This document shows, in pieces, positions 23,791 through 36,357 of a stretch of DNA of 46,962 bases. The notes under the pieces are model-generated. The model saw only the letters and a list, made by a program, of their open reading frames with translations. It made no database searches and was not told the DNA's origin. Numbering within the stretch: the stretch's first letter is position 1; each line of letters starts with the position of its first letter. The translations under genes and the position numbers were made by a program. This DNA is from Octopus bimaculoides (taxonomy: Eukaryota), in assembly GCF_001194135.2 (NCBI RefSeq), contig NC_068984.1, positions 105,239,568 through 105,286,529 of the forward strand. Direction: 5' to 3'.

Positions 23791-24854
23791 TCAAAAGGCC
23801 CCCATGTATGTAGGATAAACACACAGGTTAACTGTAAAATAGGAATATAATGTATAGCATACAGTGTACTGAGGGATGGTGCAAAAATAAGACAACAACA
23901 TACATTGTGGAGACAGCACATAGCATAGGGAAGCAGATAGGTGAACACTGACGGGAGCGCAAAGAAGAGAAAAGCTCATCAATGCTTTACCAACATGCTC
24001 AATTAGAACATGGAGGCTTGGTTAATAACATAGATGTTAAGGTGTTATCAACCCATAGAACAGACATAACACTTAGACAGATTACAAAGGCCTCACACAT
24101 ATACATACATCCGTACATACACATATATATGTATTATATATGATATTGAAGAAAACTGAAATAGTGGCTTCTATCTATGAATGCTAAAGACTTTATTCTA
24201 GAAAAGAAAAATGAAATTACTTAAATATATAAAGTTTATATGAGGTACTTCACACGATTCTCATCCATTCATAAATCATGGGAGACTCAGAATAAACAAT
24301 CCTCAATCAAAATTACTTTTGTTTAATAATATATATATATGGCCACAATCAAATGACTAAAACAAGTAAAAGAATAAGCTGTATTTTTCCCTTGCAATAA
24401 AAAACAAACAAGCAATGAATGACTAGCTTACAATGCTACTAAAATTTTGCGAAACATCGGTGAGTGTATCTGTACCAAGTGATCTACTACTCAGCTATGT
24501 CTGTAGAAGGAACATATAGCTGAATTCAGCACTTAAAATAGCGAGAATTATGTATATTCTCCTTATAACAGTACAACTGGAGATGGCTTGTGAAATAACT
24601 ACAACAACTGTTACAGTTACTTCATCAGGAAAGAAGATTACTTGGAACTGTTTCAACCAATTTCTATGTTTGTATGTTTAAGTGTGTATAGTGGGGGTAC
24701 AATGATGTTTTCATATGAGTAACATTTATGCTTCCTTACTGCTGAAAGTGACATGATTATCAAATCACTATTGAAGGATATTTTAAAGGTTTCTGTTCAT
24801 GGAGTCAGTGCAAGTTTGGTGGGTGGTATCTACTGCTGGTGGATGGATGATGCC

Positions 24855-25255
24855 TGGTTGGGAAATGCTTGGGAAGTATGAAGGGTAGTATCATTGCACA
24901 GATGACATGAGAGTGAGTGTTGTTGGAAGTGGTGGCAGGTAAATCATTAACATATAGAAGAAAGTGGATGACAAAAGCGAATGCTGGACATGCCAAAGTT
25001 AATAGAGGAACAGAAGGAGCCTGTATATGGGAAATTTCACTCGGAGATCTGCATGCCAGATGGGGTCAAAAGCTTTGCTGATGTCAAGGGCAACCACATT
25101 ATTTTCACCTAATTTCTCAAAGGTGGTAGATGATACCGGACAGTAGGTCACTAGTGGATCTGGCTTTACCGAAACCATAGTGATGGATGTGTAGGGCGAA
25201 AGAGATGGATCCAAGTTGTTGGCAACCATCATTCTTAATGGCTGTTATTGGAAAT
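24855..25255 (-). mobile_element. CR1-group LINE reverse transcriptase fragment, internally deleted
   Basis: HHYGFGKARSTSDLLS, LGENNVVALDISKAFDPIWHADL and FLLYVNDLP...CNDTTLH (decayed YADD) in several frames. Confidence 0.82.
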
Positions 25256-25524
25256 GAGTGCAATAGTTTCATAGTTAACATGGTTAGAACATTGCTTTTT
25301 GAAAATGGAACATATTGTCTATGTTTAGGTTCAGAGATTTTGCAGTGCCCAGACATAAAATAAAATATGTAGTTTTTGATATGACTGACTGGAACTCTTC
25401 AATACTATTTCTTTAATCTATTTTGTATCCCTTTGATTATTTTGTTTTTGTTTTTGTTATGCATTGTTTTTTCATCTTTCCATATTGCTCTTCAGAACTC
25501 CTTCTCACCCACTCATATAGGTTT

Positions 25525-25735
25525 CAAATTTTGGCACAAGGCCAGCAATTTCGGAGGAGGGGGTAAGCCAATTACATCCACCCTAGTTCTCAACTGGTAG
25601 GTTTTTTTTATCAACTCCAAAAGGAAGATAAGCAAAGTTGGCCTTGGTGGAATTTGAATTCAGATCATAAAGATGGATGAAATGTCACTAAGCATTCTGC
25701 CTGGCATGCTAATGATTCTGTCAGCTTTCCACCTT
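25525..25735 (-). mobile_element. SINE family A copy
   Basis: GGCACAAGGCCAGCAATTTC...GGAATTTGAATTCAG...AATGATTCTGTCAGC. Confidence 0.8.
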
Positions 25736-26140
25736 TGCTCACCTACACATTTAACTTAGATAGGTAAACACTGTTTGGCTAAATGGTTAAGAGTTTGCTT
25801 TGCAACTGTGGGCTCCAGAAACTGATTCTACTACATGGACAATTGAGCAAATGTCATTTCTGATTGTCTTGTATCCTGTGAGTGAAATTAGGCAGACAGA
25901 AACTGTGTGAAAGTCCGTCAGATAGATTATACCAATATTTCAAAAGGTACAGCCTTGTTACACACTGTGAGTGGTTGATCCTGTTTGAGAATTATGTTAA
26001 GGATACATGTGTCTGTGGAATACTCAACCATTCACATATTAATTCAGAAACAGGTAATCAGTTATCAGGCAAGTGACTCATCATCATGGAATGACAGAAA
26101 GCCACTTCTAATGTATATGGTACACTAGGCAAAAGGATCT

Positions 26141-26875
26141 GTTAAATTGCTCGGGTCTGGTTTGGTCCAGATCTCCAAGTGGAGAAATACTGGGACAAGC
26201 TAATGGGCAGGGTGGCCAATCTCAGAAATGGCCTGAGAGAAAGCTGTCTCTGAAAGGTTGGGCAAAAATGCATGTAGAGTGCTCGAGCTTTGCTGATTTA
26301 CGAGTTTATGTTGAACACCTGCTGTCAAATTTAGGACGGATCTGGCTATCAGTTGAGTCCATTATGAAGATCATTCCAATGCCTTCCTTTGGATGGGAAG
26401 AAGGGCAGGCAGTGTCTATTTGTCTGGTGGCCTTAGTGAAAGAGGTTGTGTGGTGTGGTGGACCAGATTGAAAGATAGATACTTTCCTTTTTGGCCACGC
26501 CTCATCGACTTGAAAAGGAAGGTAAAGATAAAGAGTTAAGTGTTGCCTCCCAGCAATTTTATTGAAAGGTAGGTGAATGTGGCAAGAATGGTCTGTGTAA
26601 GCAAACCTACTCTAAGCATATACTTGTAGGTTGAAGGCGGACAATGTGGAGAGGGCGCTTGCTCTAATGATCAGAGCAACTGTGGTTTTGTGGGGTCTTC
26701 ACAAGCAGCCCTAGGAAGTCTCCCACTTTTGGGGAGTTTTTCATTTTTTAAATTTATTTTATCATTTTCACTGTTTACACACCTCTCTATGTAATCCCAC
26801 ATTGTACTGTACTGTATTGTCCTCAATGTTATTTTTTTTTTTTTTGGTGGGGGGATCCATTAGTGGTAAATAAAG
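26141..26875 (+). mobile_element. Tx1/L1-group LINE 3' fragment
   Basis: VKLLG-WFGPDLQVEKYWDKLMGRVANL-KWPERKLSLKGWAKM across frameshifts, followed by a 3'UTR-like tail ending AATAAA near 26870. Right boundary approximate. Confidence 0.7.
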
Positions 26876-26894
26876 AAAGTAGTAATAGTAGGGT

Positions 26895-27280
26895 GGAAAG
26901 CTGGTTGAAATGTTAGCATATCAAATAAAATGCTTGCCAGCATTTTTACTGACTCTTTATATTCTAAGTTCAAAACCTGCTGAGGTCAACATTGGTTTTC
27001 ATCCTTTTATGGTCAATAAAAGAAAGTAGTAGTCAGGTTGATGTGATCAACTAGTCCCATCTCCCTCTAAAATTTCTGGCTTTTATGCCAAAATTTGAAA
27101 CAATTATTAACGACAGAAAGACCAGCTCTTTATGTTCTGAGCTCAAATTCTGCCAAGGTGAGATTTACCTTTCACCCCTTTCAGAGTCAATAAAACAAGG
27201 TATCAGTCCAGATTAACCTTTGCTCAATCGTTCCCTCAAAACTGTTGATCTTATGCATAAACAAGAGACAATTATTTGCG
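26895..27280 (+). mobile_element. Two SINE family A copies
   Basis: AAGCTGG..AAATGTTAGCA...GAGGTCAACATTGGTTTTCATCC and a second partial copy from ~27125. Another partial copy lies at ~31470-31620. Confidence 0.7.
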
Positions 27281-29599
27281 GACTTTTCTAATAGCTGTCA
27301 CGATTTCATTTTAATTATGACAGCTTTTCTGAAAGTTCATCCACTTATTAATGGCAAAAATAATTCATTTTTAAAAATTTTTTACCTTCTTGCAGTTTAA
27401 TTGCCTAGTTCCAATTCAACCAAGTGATGACTAATAATTGTGTTATAATTACGACAATTCCAGATTCTTCTTTAAGTATGTTAAACTACAAGTCAAGAAT
27501 GCATTTGAAAGTTTTGTAACTGAATTCTTTCTTGTCTTGCATTCTTCAAATACTTTCTACCTGATGTATCCCATTTTGTGACACTGCACATTACATAGTT
27601 ATTGTTTTTGTTTCTGTTATTTTTTTTCCTTTTTGTTAATTTTTTTCCATGGATACTTACAACTTGTATCAACTTCATATTACCTTGGTAGCTGATTCAA
27701 TGTTATTTCTTCTTCTTCTTCTTCTCCACCACCACCTCCTCCTCCTCCTCCTCCTTCTTCTTCTTCTTGCCTTTATCCTTTCTTTTCTCCTTTCCTTTCT
27801 CCTTCTTTCCATTCTCCTTTTCCCCTCCTACCCTTACTCTTCATTCTCCTCCTTCTTCTTCATATAGCACCAATTTTTTACAGAAATATCCCCAAATTTT
27901 ACCATAGTTTTGCAAACTAAAGTTAAACATAAAATATAGAAATCTTATAGTATTTCCACACATTCCATAATGTGTTTTTGCAAAGTTATAAAACACCAAG
28001 TCATCATATGAATACTTATATGTATCTTTGAGTATTTTAATATAATACCAGTTATTTTTGTAGACTCAATATTTATGCACAGTAGTGTGCTTATATGTGT
28101 GTGTGTGTGTGTGTTCATATACTTATACAAACATACATACATACATACATACATACATACATGCATGCATGAAGACCAAAGCTTTGTGAGTGGATCTGAT
28201 AGACAAAATCTGAAGGAAACCATCGTATATATAGTATATATCCGTGTGTGTGTGTTTTTTTTTTGTCTGTGTATGTGTATAGATAGAAAGATGTGAGTAT
28301 ATGTATATTTTTATTAATATTTAAGAGAACTAACAGAGTGACTATTTTGATAAGTGCCAACACACTCTCAGAGCTTGAGTCACTCTGTTCTTCTGCTAAA
28401 TATTATATATATATATAATATACCTATATACCTAGCGTTCATAATAATTTTTCTATCATCTTGGCTCAACAGCCCTCACCGTTTGTTTTTACTGTCTCGT
28501 TCTCACTGTCCTGTTCTTGTTAACACTTTCACCCTCCGCAAAAAATCCCAAATTTTATTTAATTTGCTTTGCGGGAAGGACTGTTTCAATGAAGTCGCGT
28601 ATTGTCTTTGCCTTCAAAACGCAGAATAGATTAAACAGGGACAACTGATGAAGGGGTATACTCTTTATGTTGCATGTCTCGTTTCTCTGTTTGTTTATTC
28701 GTTGTTTGAAAAAAGTTCGTTTTCTATGTTTTCGTTTCTCATTGTGTTTAACGTTTTTTTTTTATGTCCTGTACCCATATATGCATGTATGTATACATAT
28801 AGATGTAGGTATGTACATATATGTATGGATATATGCATATATTTATATATTATTTATATATATATATATATATATGAATGGTTTAACCCACTCACTAGAC
28901 TTACACCTAAAGACTTGTCACTCTCTCACTTTCTTTCTTATGCTCTGACAAGAACTATATTCTTCAATGTATCCTTCATATCTTTTTTAAGTTGGGTTGC
29001 TGTTTCTAGCAGTTAAAGTGATGGTGTAAAGAACTCTCTCCTTAACTCATATTCCTGAAATTTAATGTCTATATCTATGTAACCATTAATTAAAAACTGG
29101 TACCGACCAAGAATTCTTCACATAGCATTTCAATGAATAAAGCTTTCATCACTGAAATGCCATGTGAAGAAGAATTCTCAGTCGAAATTTCAAATGACAT
29201 AATGGCACTAACAGAATTGTGATGATCATAAACGTAGCAACTTCCTATTTCCTCTTTATAAGTGTGTGTGTGTGTGTGTGGTGTGGGTGTATTACGTTTG
29301 TGTCTATATATGTCAGTCTGTCTGTCTGTATATATATGTATGTGTGTGAGAGAGAGAGAGAGAAAGAATAAGTTCAAGTAGAACAATTCAAACTTTTTGG
29401 GGAGTCCAAAAAGAAATATTTCTAATAAATATTCATTATGTCAAAATGATAGCCTGCTAAAGCAAGCAATTGAAATATGAAAATAACAAGTAAAAAGTTC
29501 GTTATAGGCATGTATAAGATAAAATCTTATATAAAACACTACTAACAATTATAAAAATGGAGAAGAGATGTTAAAAGTACAAATTTGAATTTAATTTTA

Positions 29600-29885
29600 A
29601 CATACGACCATTTCAAATGGCAATACAAACCTGTTAAAAAAAAACATTAATTATAATAGTAATAATTAAAATAGTTATGTATTACCATTCTCATCAGTGT
29701 AAAAAATTAAAGGAAAACATCTTTGCTTTTCCTTCTAAATTTTTTTAGGTAATACCTGTTTTGATGTTTTCCTTTAATTTATTTTACACTGACGAGAACG
29801 GTAATGCATAACTATTTTAATTATTATTATTATAATCAATGTTTTTTCTTACATGTTTGTATTGCCATTTGGAATGGTCGTATGT
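29600..29885. repeat. Foldback inverted repeat (~122-bp arms, 41-nt spacer)
   Basis: ACATACGACCATT...GGAAAACATC (29600-29721) complementary to GATGTTTTCC...ATGGTCGTATGT (29763-29885). Confidence 0.92.
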
Positions 29886-32721
29886 GGAGGGAGAGTCATT
29901 ATACCAATATCATTAATGCACACTGTTAATTAACACACACATTGCACTCCTTTTCTTTATTATTAGTCAATTGCTTAAATATCCAACTAACTAATTTGTT
30001 TTGCTCTTGAAGTCAATAGTCATTGAAGAGGTTGCAAGTAACAACAAAAAAGCTTTGACAAACAAAAACAAAACAAATTAGCTGAATATTTAACAAATTC
30101 ATTAATAATAAAGAATTGGAGTGGAATTGAACCAGTGTGTGTTATTATATTGACATAATGACTCGTGTATTGAAACAACAAAATTTGTTTTAAAACATGA
30201 ATTCACATAAAAAATCTTGCAAACCAGATACAAAAATGAAGTTTAATCATGTTTCTATGGAAACATCTTTTCCAAAGAAAACTATTCTACTTTTCTTGTT
30301 AATGGATATGTTAACTTGTATGATTTAATAGCAACTAATATTAAATTCCTTTTGTTTTGATTTTGTGTATTTGTTCATCTGTTTATTTCTCTGAGTGTAT
30401 TTTGGTTAGATTTATGTTTATCACTATACTCTTACTCTGTGATCTGTTTATACATTTTTGTTGATATACCTCTCACTGTGGACAAGTATCTTCTCTTTTA
30501 GCACCAGGCTGACAAAACCTTGTGTGTGGATTTAGTAAACAAAAAGGAAGCTCATAGTGTGTGTATGTGTGCGCGTCTGTGTTTGTTTCGCTTTGTCTTG
30601 ATATCACATGATTGTTGTAAGCAAGCATCACCATCATACAAGCAGTGTCCTTCATTTCCAATGTTCCACGAAGAGCACACATAGCCATGGCGAAATATTA
30701 CCTTGCTTTGAAAGAGGTGAAAGTTGGTGACAGGAAGAGCATTTGGCCTTAAAAAATATCTACTCCACAGAATTTTGTCTGATCCATGCAAACATGGAAA
30801 AATGGATATCCAAAAGATGATCATAATGATGACAATGAAGCGGGGGAGCAATGACATTGATGATGATATCCTCTCTGCTTTGTTTACATATATGCGATGA
30901 TATAGTTCACTTTGAAATGAAATTTAAGATAAAAATAAAAAGAACCTACTTCTTGACACTGAGATTATAATATATTTCTTTTATATATACTGTTCAAGAA
31001 TAGGAACAGCTCAACATTAAAATGGTGAACAGACTTACCTGTTGCATTTGCTACATATTTAATGTTTCATATATGTTTCTACATTCATAGAGCACGTGCA
31101 CACACACACATGAATGTATGCAATTTATCCTTTAAATTCTGGAACAGAACTATCTCATTTCATACCTGCTGTCCTACCTACCTAATGGCTTGGCAGCTTT
31201 CCTAGTTTCTATTTTGTTTCTTGGCTCAGAAGGGTAAGTTAATATTCTGGTGTAAGGAAAGTTTCCTTTGTTCCAATAACTTTGCAATTTAGGTAATCGG
31301 CACAAGAATTCCTTTGCCAGTTTTTTAATTTTTGTTCTATTTTAATTCATAATCTTTCTTCATGGCTAATGCTTTCTTTTAATGTTAGCAAGTACTTTCT
31401 AAGTTATTTTCTAACATTCAACATTTAAGGCTCCAGTATGATGGGCTTTGTCTTTTCATTAGTTGATGCTTGATACACAAAGATGGAAAATTGGCAAATT
31501 TGTTAGGATATTGAATAGTATGCCTAGCAGTATTTGTTCCGACTTTCTATGTTCTAAGCTCAAATCCCACCAAAGTCAACTTTGCCTTTCATCCTTTCAA
31601 GGTTGATAAAAAAAAAACCTATCTGAAGAATGAATTAGCAGCAATGTTAGAGGTATGAGACAAGATGCCTTGCAGTATCTGTTCTGATTCTTAGTGTTCT
31701 GACAGCAATGACTGTCCCAACACTTCTCAAACACTTTCCTTGGGTGAAAGGGGAGACTTGCATACATGGGTAGCTGCTTATCTCCTACAGAAAGTAAAAC
31801 CTTGCCCAGACGTGCACATATAGGTGTAAAATACATGACCAACACTGATTGATAGAGACCCTACCTTGATCCAAAGGGATTATTTCTAATGTTTATAGTC
31901 TTAAAGAAAATGAGAAACAATTTTTCTACCTGGATCACATAAAAGTAAGAGGAATAGAACTTAGTACAACCAGCCAGGAATAGAACTTAATACTACTTCA
32001 TTAATTCCACAGTAAATTGTCTGACTGCAGTAGTCAGCAAGATGAAGCAAAAACTAATGAAATAACCTTTGCATCAGGGCTTCTCAATTTGTGAGGAATA
32101 GTAGCCAAATCTCCCTCTATTTACACCCTGCAATCATAGCAAAACAGGTGAAGGTTGGCACTAGGAAGGGCTATTGAAAACCTGCCACTTGACTGCAGAA
32201 AATTTGCCTTGATGAACTCTGTCTGACCCATGCAAACATGGGAAAGTAGACAGTAAAGCAATGATCATGATGGTGGTAGTGATGATGATTATTTTGTCTT
32301 ATGTGCTTTCAATTCTATCTATGCACTGCCATTGCCAGTCTTTTACACTAATTTCAGAAAGAAACTCTATTTAAATAATATTTACTTTATACACAACACA
32401 CCTTAAATTACAAGAACTGGTTCTTCTGGTTTATGCTGTATTGTGCATAAAAATAATATTTCTTGATTAATGACAAACTGTCAAAAGCAAAAATATGCAA
32501 ATTAGTCTAACCACTTGTATGCTAGCCAAATTTTTGACTCCTTTATATAATAGTTGGTCTAGAGTATGTGATTTAGTACATGCTCTGAGGAGTGGTCACT
32601 AACTCATGGAATAATCTCAGGAGATATGTTCCCTCTTTTTTTTGTCTGTGTATCAGTTGTATAGAAAGAATGTATTTATATTTTGTATTTAACCCACAGT
32701 GAGACTTTATAATATTTGATA

Positions 32722-33650
32722 TCTAATTAGAGATGCGCTAAGCAGTGTTGAATGAAATATAGATGGGAGCAATCATATTGAACATGTTCACATGCACTTG
32801 GACATGGAAATATATACAGTGCAGAAACTGACTCGAGGGGAAAAAATTCTCCTTATAGACTATATATGTGCAAAATACACCATTGTGTTATGCATGATGT
32901 CATCAGACTGTAGGACATGTGTTTCTGCCTCATTACACATTTGCCTGCTATGAGTACCAAGTTTTCAAATATACCCACTAAGAACTTCTTGTTCTTATAT
33001 GATAACAGCAATAGTACATTTGCTGATGTGTCCAAAGCTTTGTCAAACTGGAATTAATTAACTAGAGGTGCACTAAGTAACATTGAATGAAATATAGGTG
33101 TGTACAATCATATTTAACATGTTCGTGTATGCACAGATATGGAAATAAATACACTACAAACATTGTTTCAAGAAAAAAAATTTCCTTATAAATAATATGC
33201 ATGTTAGACATCTATTGGACTATGAATAATGTCAATGGTCCATAAAATATATGTCTTCCTGCATCATTGCACATTATCAGCTACAGATACTGAGTTATCA
33301 TTCATAGCCCTTAAGAACTTGTTCTTATATTATAACAAGCAAAAAGGCAACAAGCTGGCAGAATTGTTAGCATGCCAGGCAAAATGCTTATCAGCATTTT
33401 GTCCACCTTTGTTCTGAGTTCAAATTCCAGTGAGGTCAACTTTGTCTTTCATCCTTTTGGGGTTGACAAAATAAGCACAAGTTGAATGCTAGGGTCGATG
33501 TAATTGATTTATCCCCTCCCTTGAACTTGCTAGCCTTGTGCTAAAATTTGAAATCTATATTATAACAAGCAATGGTGCATTTGCTGATGTGTGCAATGGT
33601 GCATTCACTGATGTGTGCAAAGCTTTGTTATGTTGGAATTAAATAATTAG
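32722..33650. repeat. Old ~335-bp tandem duplication; second unit interrupted by the 33343 SINE
   Basis: TTGAATGAAATATAG...CAATCATATT.AACATGTTC at ~32748 and ~33083; TAAGAACTT..TGTTCTTATAT...CATTTGCTGATGTGT.CAAAGCTTTG at ~32978-33045 and ~33311-33628. Confidence 0.8.
33343..33555 (+). mobile_element. tRNA-derived SINE (family A) with 17-bp TSD
   Basis: TATATTATAACAAGCAA at 33326-33342 and 33556-33572; body AGCTGGCAGAATTGTTAGC...GAGTTCAAATTCC...TTCATCCTTTTGGGGTTGACAAAATAAG. Confidence 0.9.
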
Positions 33651-33739
33651 AAGTACACCAGACAATTTCTGCAGTGTATGGCTTGCTATGTACACAAACA
33701 TGCTAAATATGATTGTATACACCTATAATAAATGCTTTA

Positions 33740-34065
33740 CTTTACTTTGGATGGGCTTCCACCTAGCCCATGAAGACAGAGTCATTTTGCCAAGCATCTT
33801 GATCCACCATCACCACTTTCAGTTTGTGAATAGAATTCAATCTTGTGTCCTTTTTCAGGTAGCCAATAAATATCAGACAACATCTCCGTCACCATGCTGC
33901 AGTTCCCAGAGCACAAGTTTTAATTCTTCTTCTTTCTGGCACTGCAAGCAATGACCTGATATGCAGAGATGACATTCTCTGATTTTGGCCATTTTTAGAA
34001 GAATCCCATAGAAATTCTCATTGGTCATGTGCTGTTGCCATTTTGCATCCAGGGCCATTCATAGC
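33740..34065 (-). mobile_element. RTE-group LINE 3' end fragment
   Basis: MALDAKWQQHMTNENFYGILLKMAKIRECHLCISGHC...LVLWELQHG, then IFIGYLKKDTRL...KLKVVMVDQDAW. Confidence 0.75.
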
Positions 34066-34158
34066 ATCCTTGTATATATTAAACAACTCTATTTGGCAGA
34101 CTTAAACTTAATATGAGAGGAGCAAAAAATTGAAGGATTTCAAAAATTGTTTTTATTA

Positions 34159-34206
<48 letters not shown>

Positions 34207-34244
34207 AATAATTTTGGCCTCTTTCATTCTTTCTATCTAGAACA

Positions 34245-34374
34245 ATGCTGAAAGGAGTGGCTGATTTTTTCTTTGGAACTGGCTCAGCAGATTCAGAACA
34301 GCAATGTGAAGAACTCAATATAAAAACTCATGTGACTGAAGAAGACTGGATTTTTGTTGAAACACAAACTCAAG
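34245..34374 (+). CDS. TP53INP1/2: TP53INP/DOR-family protein, first coding exon (MLKGVADFFFG...TEEDWIFVETQTQ), contains LIR motif
   Basis: Polypyrimidine tract and CTAG acceptor end at 34240. ATG at 34245 has A at -3. 43 codons + 1 nt, then donor CAAG|GTACTC at 34375. Acidic residues then WIFV (34347-34358) match the N-terminal LIR of human TP53INP1 (DDEWILV) and TP53INP2 (VDGWLII) as I recall them. Too short to appear in the ORF track. Confidence 0.92.
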
Positions 34375-35220
34375 GTACTCTAGTTCTCCAAACTCTCATT
34401 TAATTCTTTCTAATTTATTGAAAGGAAATGCAAGCAATAGAAATTATGATTATATGTGTATTTATATAAATATGTATATATGTATTTATATGTATGTGCA
34501 TGTGTGTATATCAATATGTTTATGTGCACATATATATATATAAATATATGTGTGTATATGTATGTGTGTGTGTATGTATGTATGCGTAATAGGATAACAG
34601 CATAAACTGGCAAAACAACTGGTATCAGTTAGATTAGGACATTTATATCTTTAAACATGATAGTTGAGTCATCACATAAGTATAGATCATAAGAAGAAAG
34701 TAAGTGATAAGGCGTGTAGAAAGTCTCTTTATGCTGTTTGAAGAAATCTCACAGATGGTGCATCTTGTGCAAAACAAGTGGTAGCCGTTCATATAGCAGC
34801 ATTCTATTCTATCATTGGAGGGAGAATGAGATACAGCAGCAATCTATTTCATCATCAGAGCTCAGACATACACAGATAGGTAAATTGCAGAATAGTTGAG
34901 AGGTTGGGAAGTTCATTTTGCAATGATGAGCCCCAGATTCAGTTTCACTACCCTGGCATCTTCAGAAAATGTTTTTTGTATACTCTCAGGCTAACTGAGA
35001 CCTTTTGAGTGAAATTGGGTTGAGGAAAACTGTGTACAAGCCTATTGGATAGAATGTGTCAATAATTCAAAGGTTCAGCCTCACTGCTCATTCTACCTGT
35101 GTATTTCACAGACCTGTATACCTTAATTACTGATATAATTCACAGGGTAGATGTGTCTGAGGAATACTCAGTCATTTATATGCTGATTCAATGAGTCTGG
35201 TAGTTTAGTTGATTGACCAA

Positions 35221-35374
35221 CTCATGGATGGAAATTCTGACCAAAATTTCCAACCACTCATGGATGGAAATTCTGACCAAAATTTCCAACCANNNNNNNN
35301 NNTTCCAACCACTCATGGATGGAAATTCTGACCAAAATTTCCAACCACTCATGGATGGAAATTCTGACCAAAAT
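35221..35374. repeat. 36-bp minisatellite interrupted by a 10-N gap
   Basis: Identical units TTCCAACCACTCATGGATGGAAATTCTGACCAAAAT on both sides of the gap. Confidence 0.85.
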
Positions 35375-35515
35375 CATTAGTTAGTAAATGAATAGAGACT
35401 ACCACTGTAACAAAAAGACATATGTCATTTGTAAATTAAAAATTTTATCTTTGAAATTATTTTTCTAGTTATTTATTTCCTACATATTTAATTCTATTGT
35501 TGATTTATATTTCAG

Positions 35516-36357
35516 ACGCCGTCGACGAATCGCTACCATCTGTGACCTTAGAAACTGCTGATAATACTGCTGCAACAACTGAAGATATTCATTTAGATAC
35601 TGCCAGTTCTGAGCAAGAATGTAGTAACAACAGTAAATGTGATGAGCTGGAGGACATTACTGTGGTTCATCCACATCTAGATTTAGTCCCAATAACAAAA
35701 ACCTGTACATGGGACACTGCCCTCCCTGCAGAACACCCACTTGTACGGCACTCAGATTATATTTGTATATTCTCGGTCTGTCCAAGTGAGAGCTGGATTG
35801 TAGATCCACCAGCCTGCTTCACTGCCAGTCAGAGAGGCTCTGAAGAATCTTCAGTTTTACAAACAACAATGGAAAATCTGTTGATAGAGCATCCTAGTAT
35901 GTCAGTATATGACTCATATGCTCGAAGCATCAACAGTGATGGAGACGATGATGATGGTGATGATGAGGATGATGATAATGATGAAGAAGAAGGAAGGGTT
36001 GTGGCTGATAATGATAATGTTGAGCATGTCACTGCTGTTAATCTTCATCCAGTATCATCTTTTAGAAATATTTCACTGCCGTTAACCAGATCTCAGCCTG
36101 TACACAACAACCAAACCGGTCGTTGTCATCAAAACCTTACCAATGCTCAGCCACTTCTAACCAAATTAAAAACATACCGTTTGATGTTACAAAAGCAATC
36201 ATATGAACAGAGCCATCATTACAATAAAAAGTACTTAAATAAAAATAATAAGTGTGTTGAATATAGCCACCTTGGCAAAAGGCAGCGTCATCGTGCTCGC
36301 TACCAGTGCCCAAGTGGTCGTATGAATGGTAGAATTGGACAAAGGAGAGCTTTCTAA
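35516..36357 (+). CDS. TP53INP1/2: TP53INP/DOR-family protein, second (terminal) coding exon
   Basis: Acceptor ATTTCAG|AC at 35515/35516. The phase-1 junction G+AC gives Asp in the frame of ORF 35497-36357. Contains ESWIVDPPACFTA (35788-35826), MENLLIEHPSMSVY (35869-35910) and a basic C-terminus. Spliced CDS is 130+842=972 nt = 323 aa + TAA. Confidence 0.95.

Noticed and set aside
31033-31041. Perfect minus-strand donor (CAG|GTAAGT) suggesting an antisense gene
   Set aside because: No matching acceptor or credible reading frame; an isolated 9-mer can occur by chance.
35221-35374. 36-bp repeats as a CRISPR array
   Set aside because: Units are contiguous with no spacers, no cas genes, and the context is eukaryotic.
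35497-35515. Start of the 286-aa ORF (MLIYIS) as the gene's N-terminus
   Set aside because: It is the intron's acceptor region; the codon is TTG and the upstream exon supplies the ATG and LIR.
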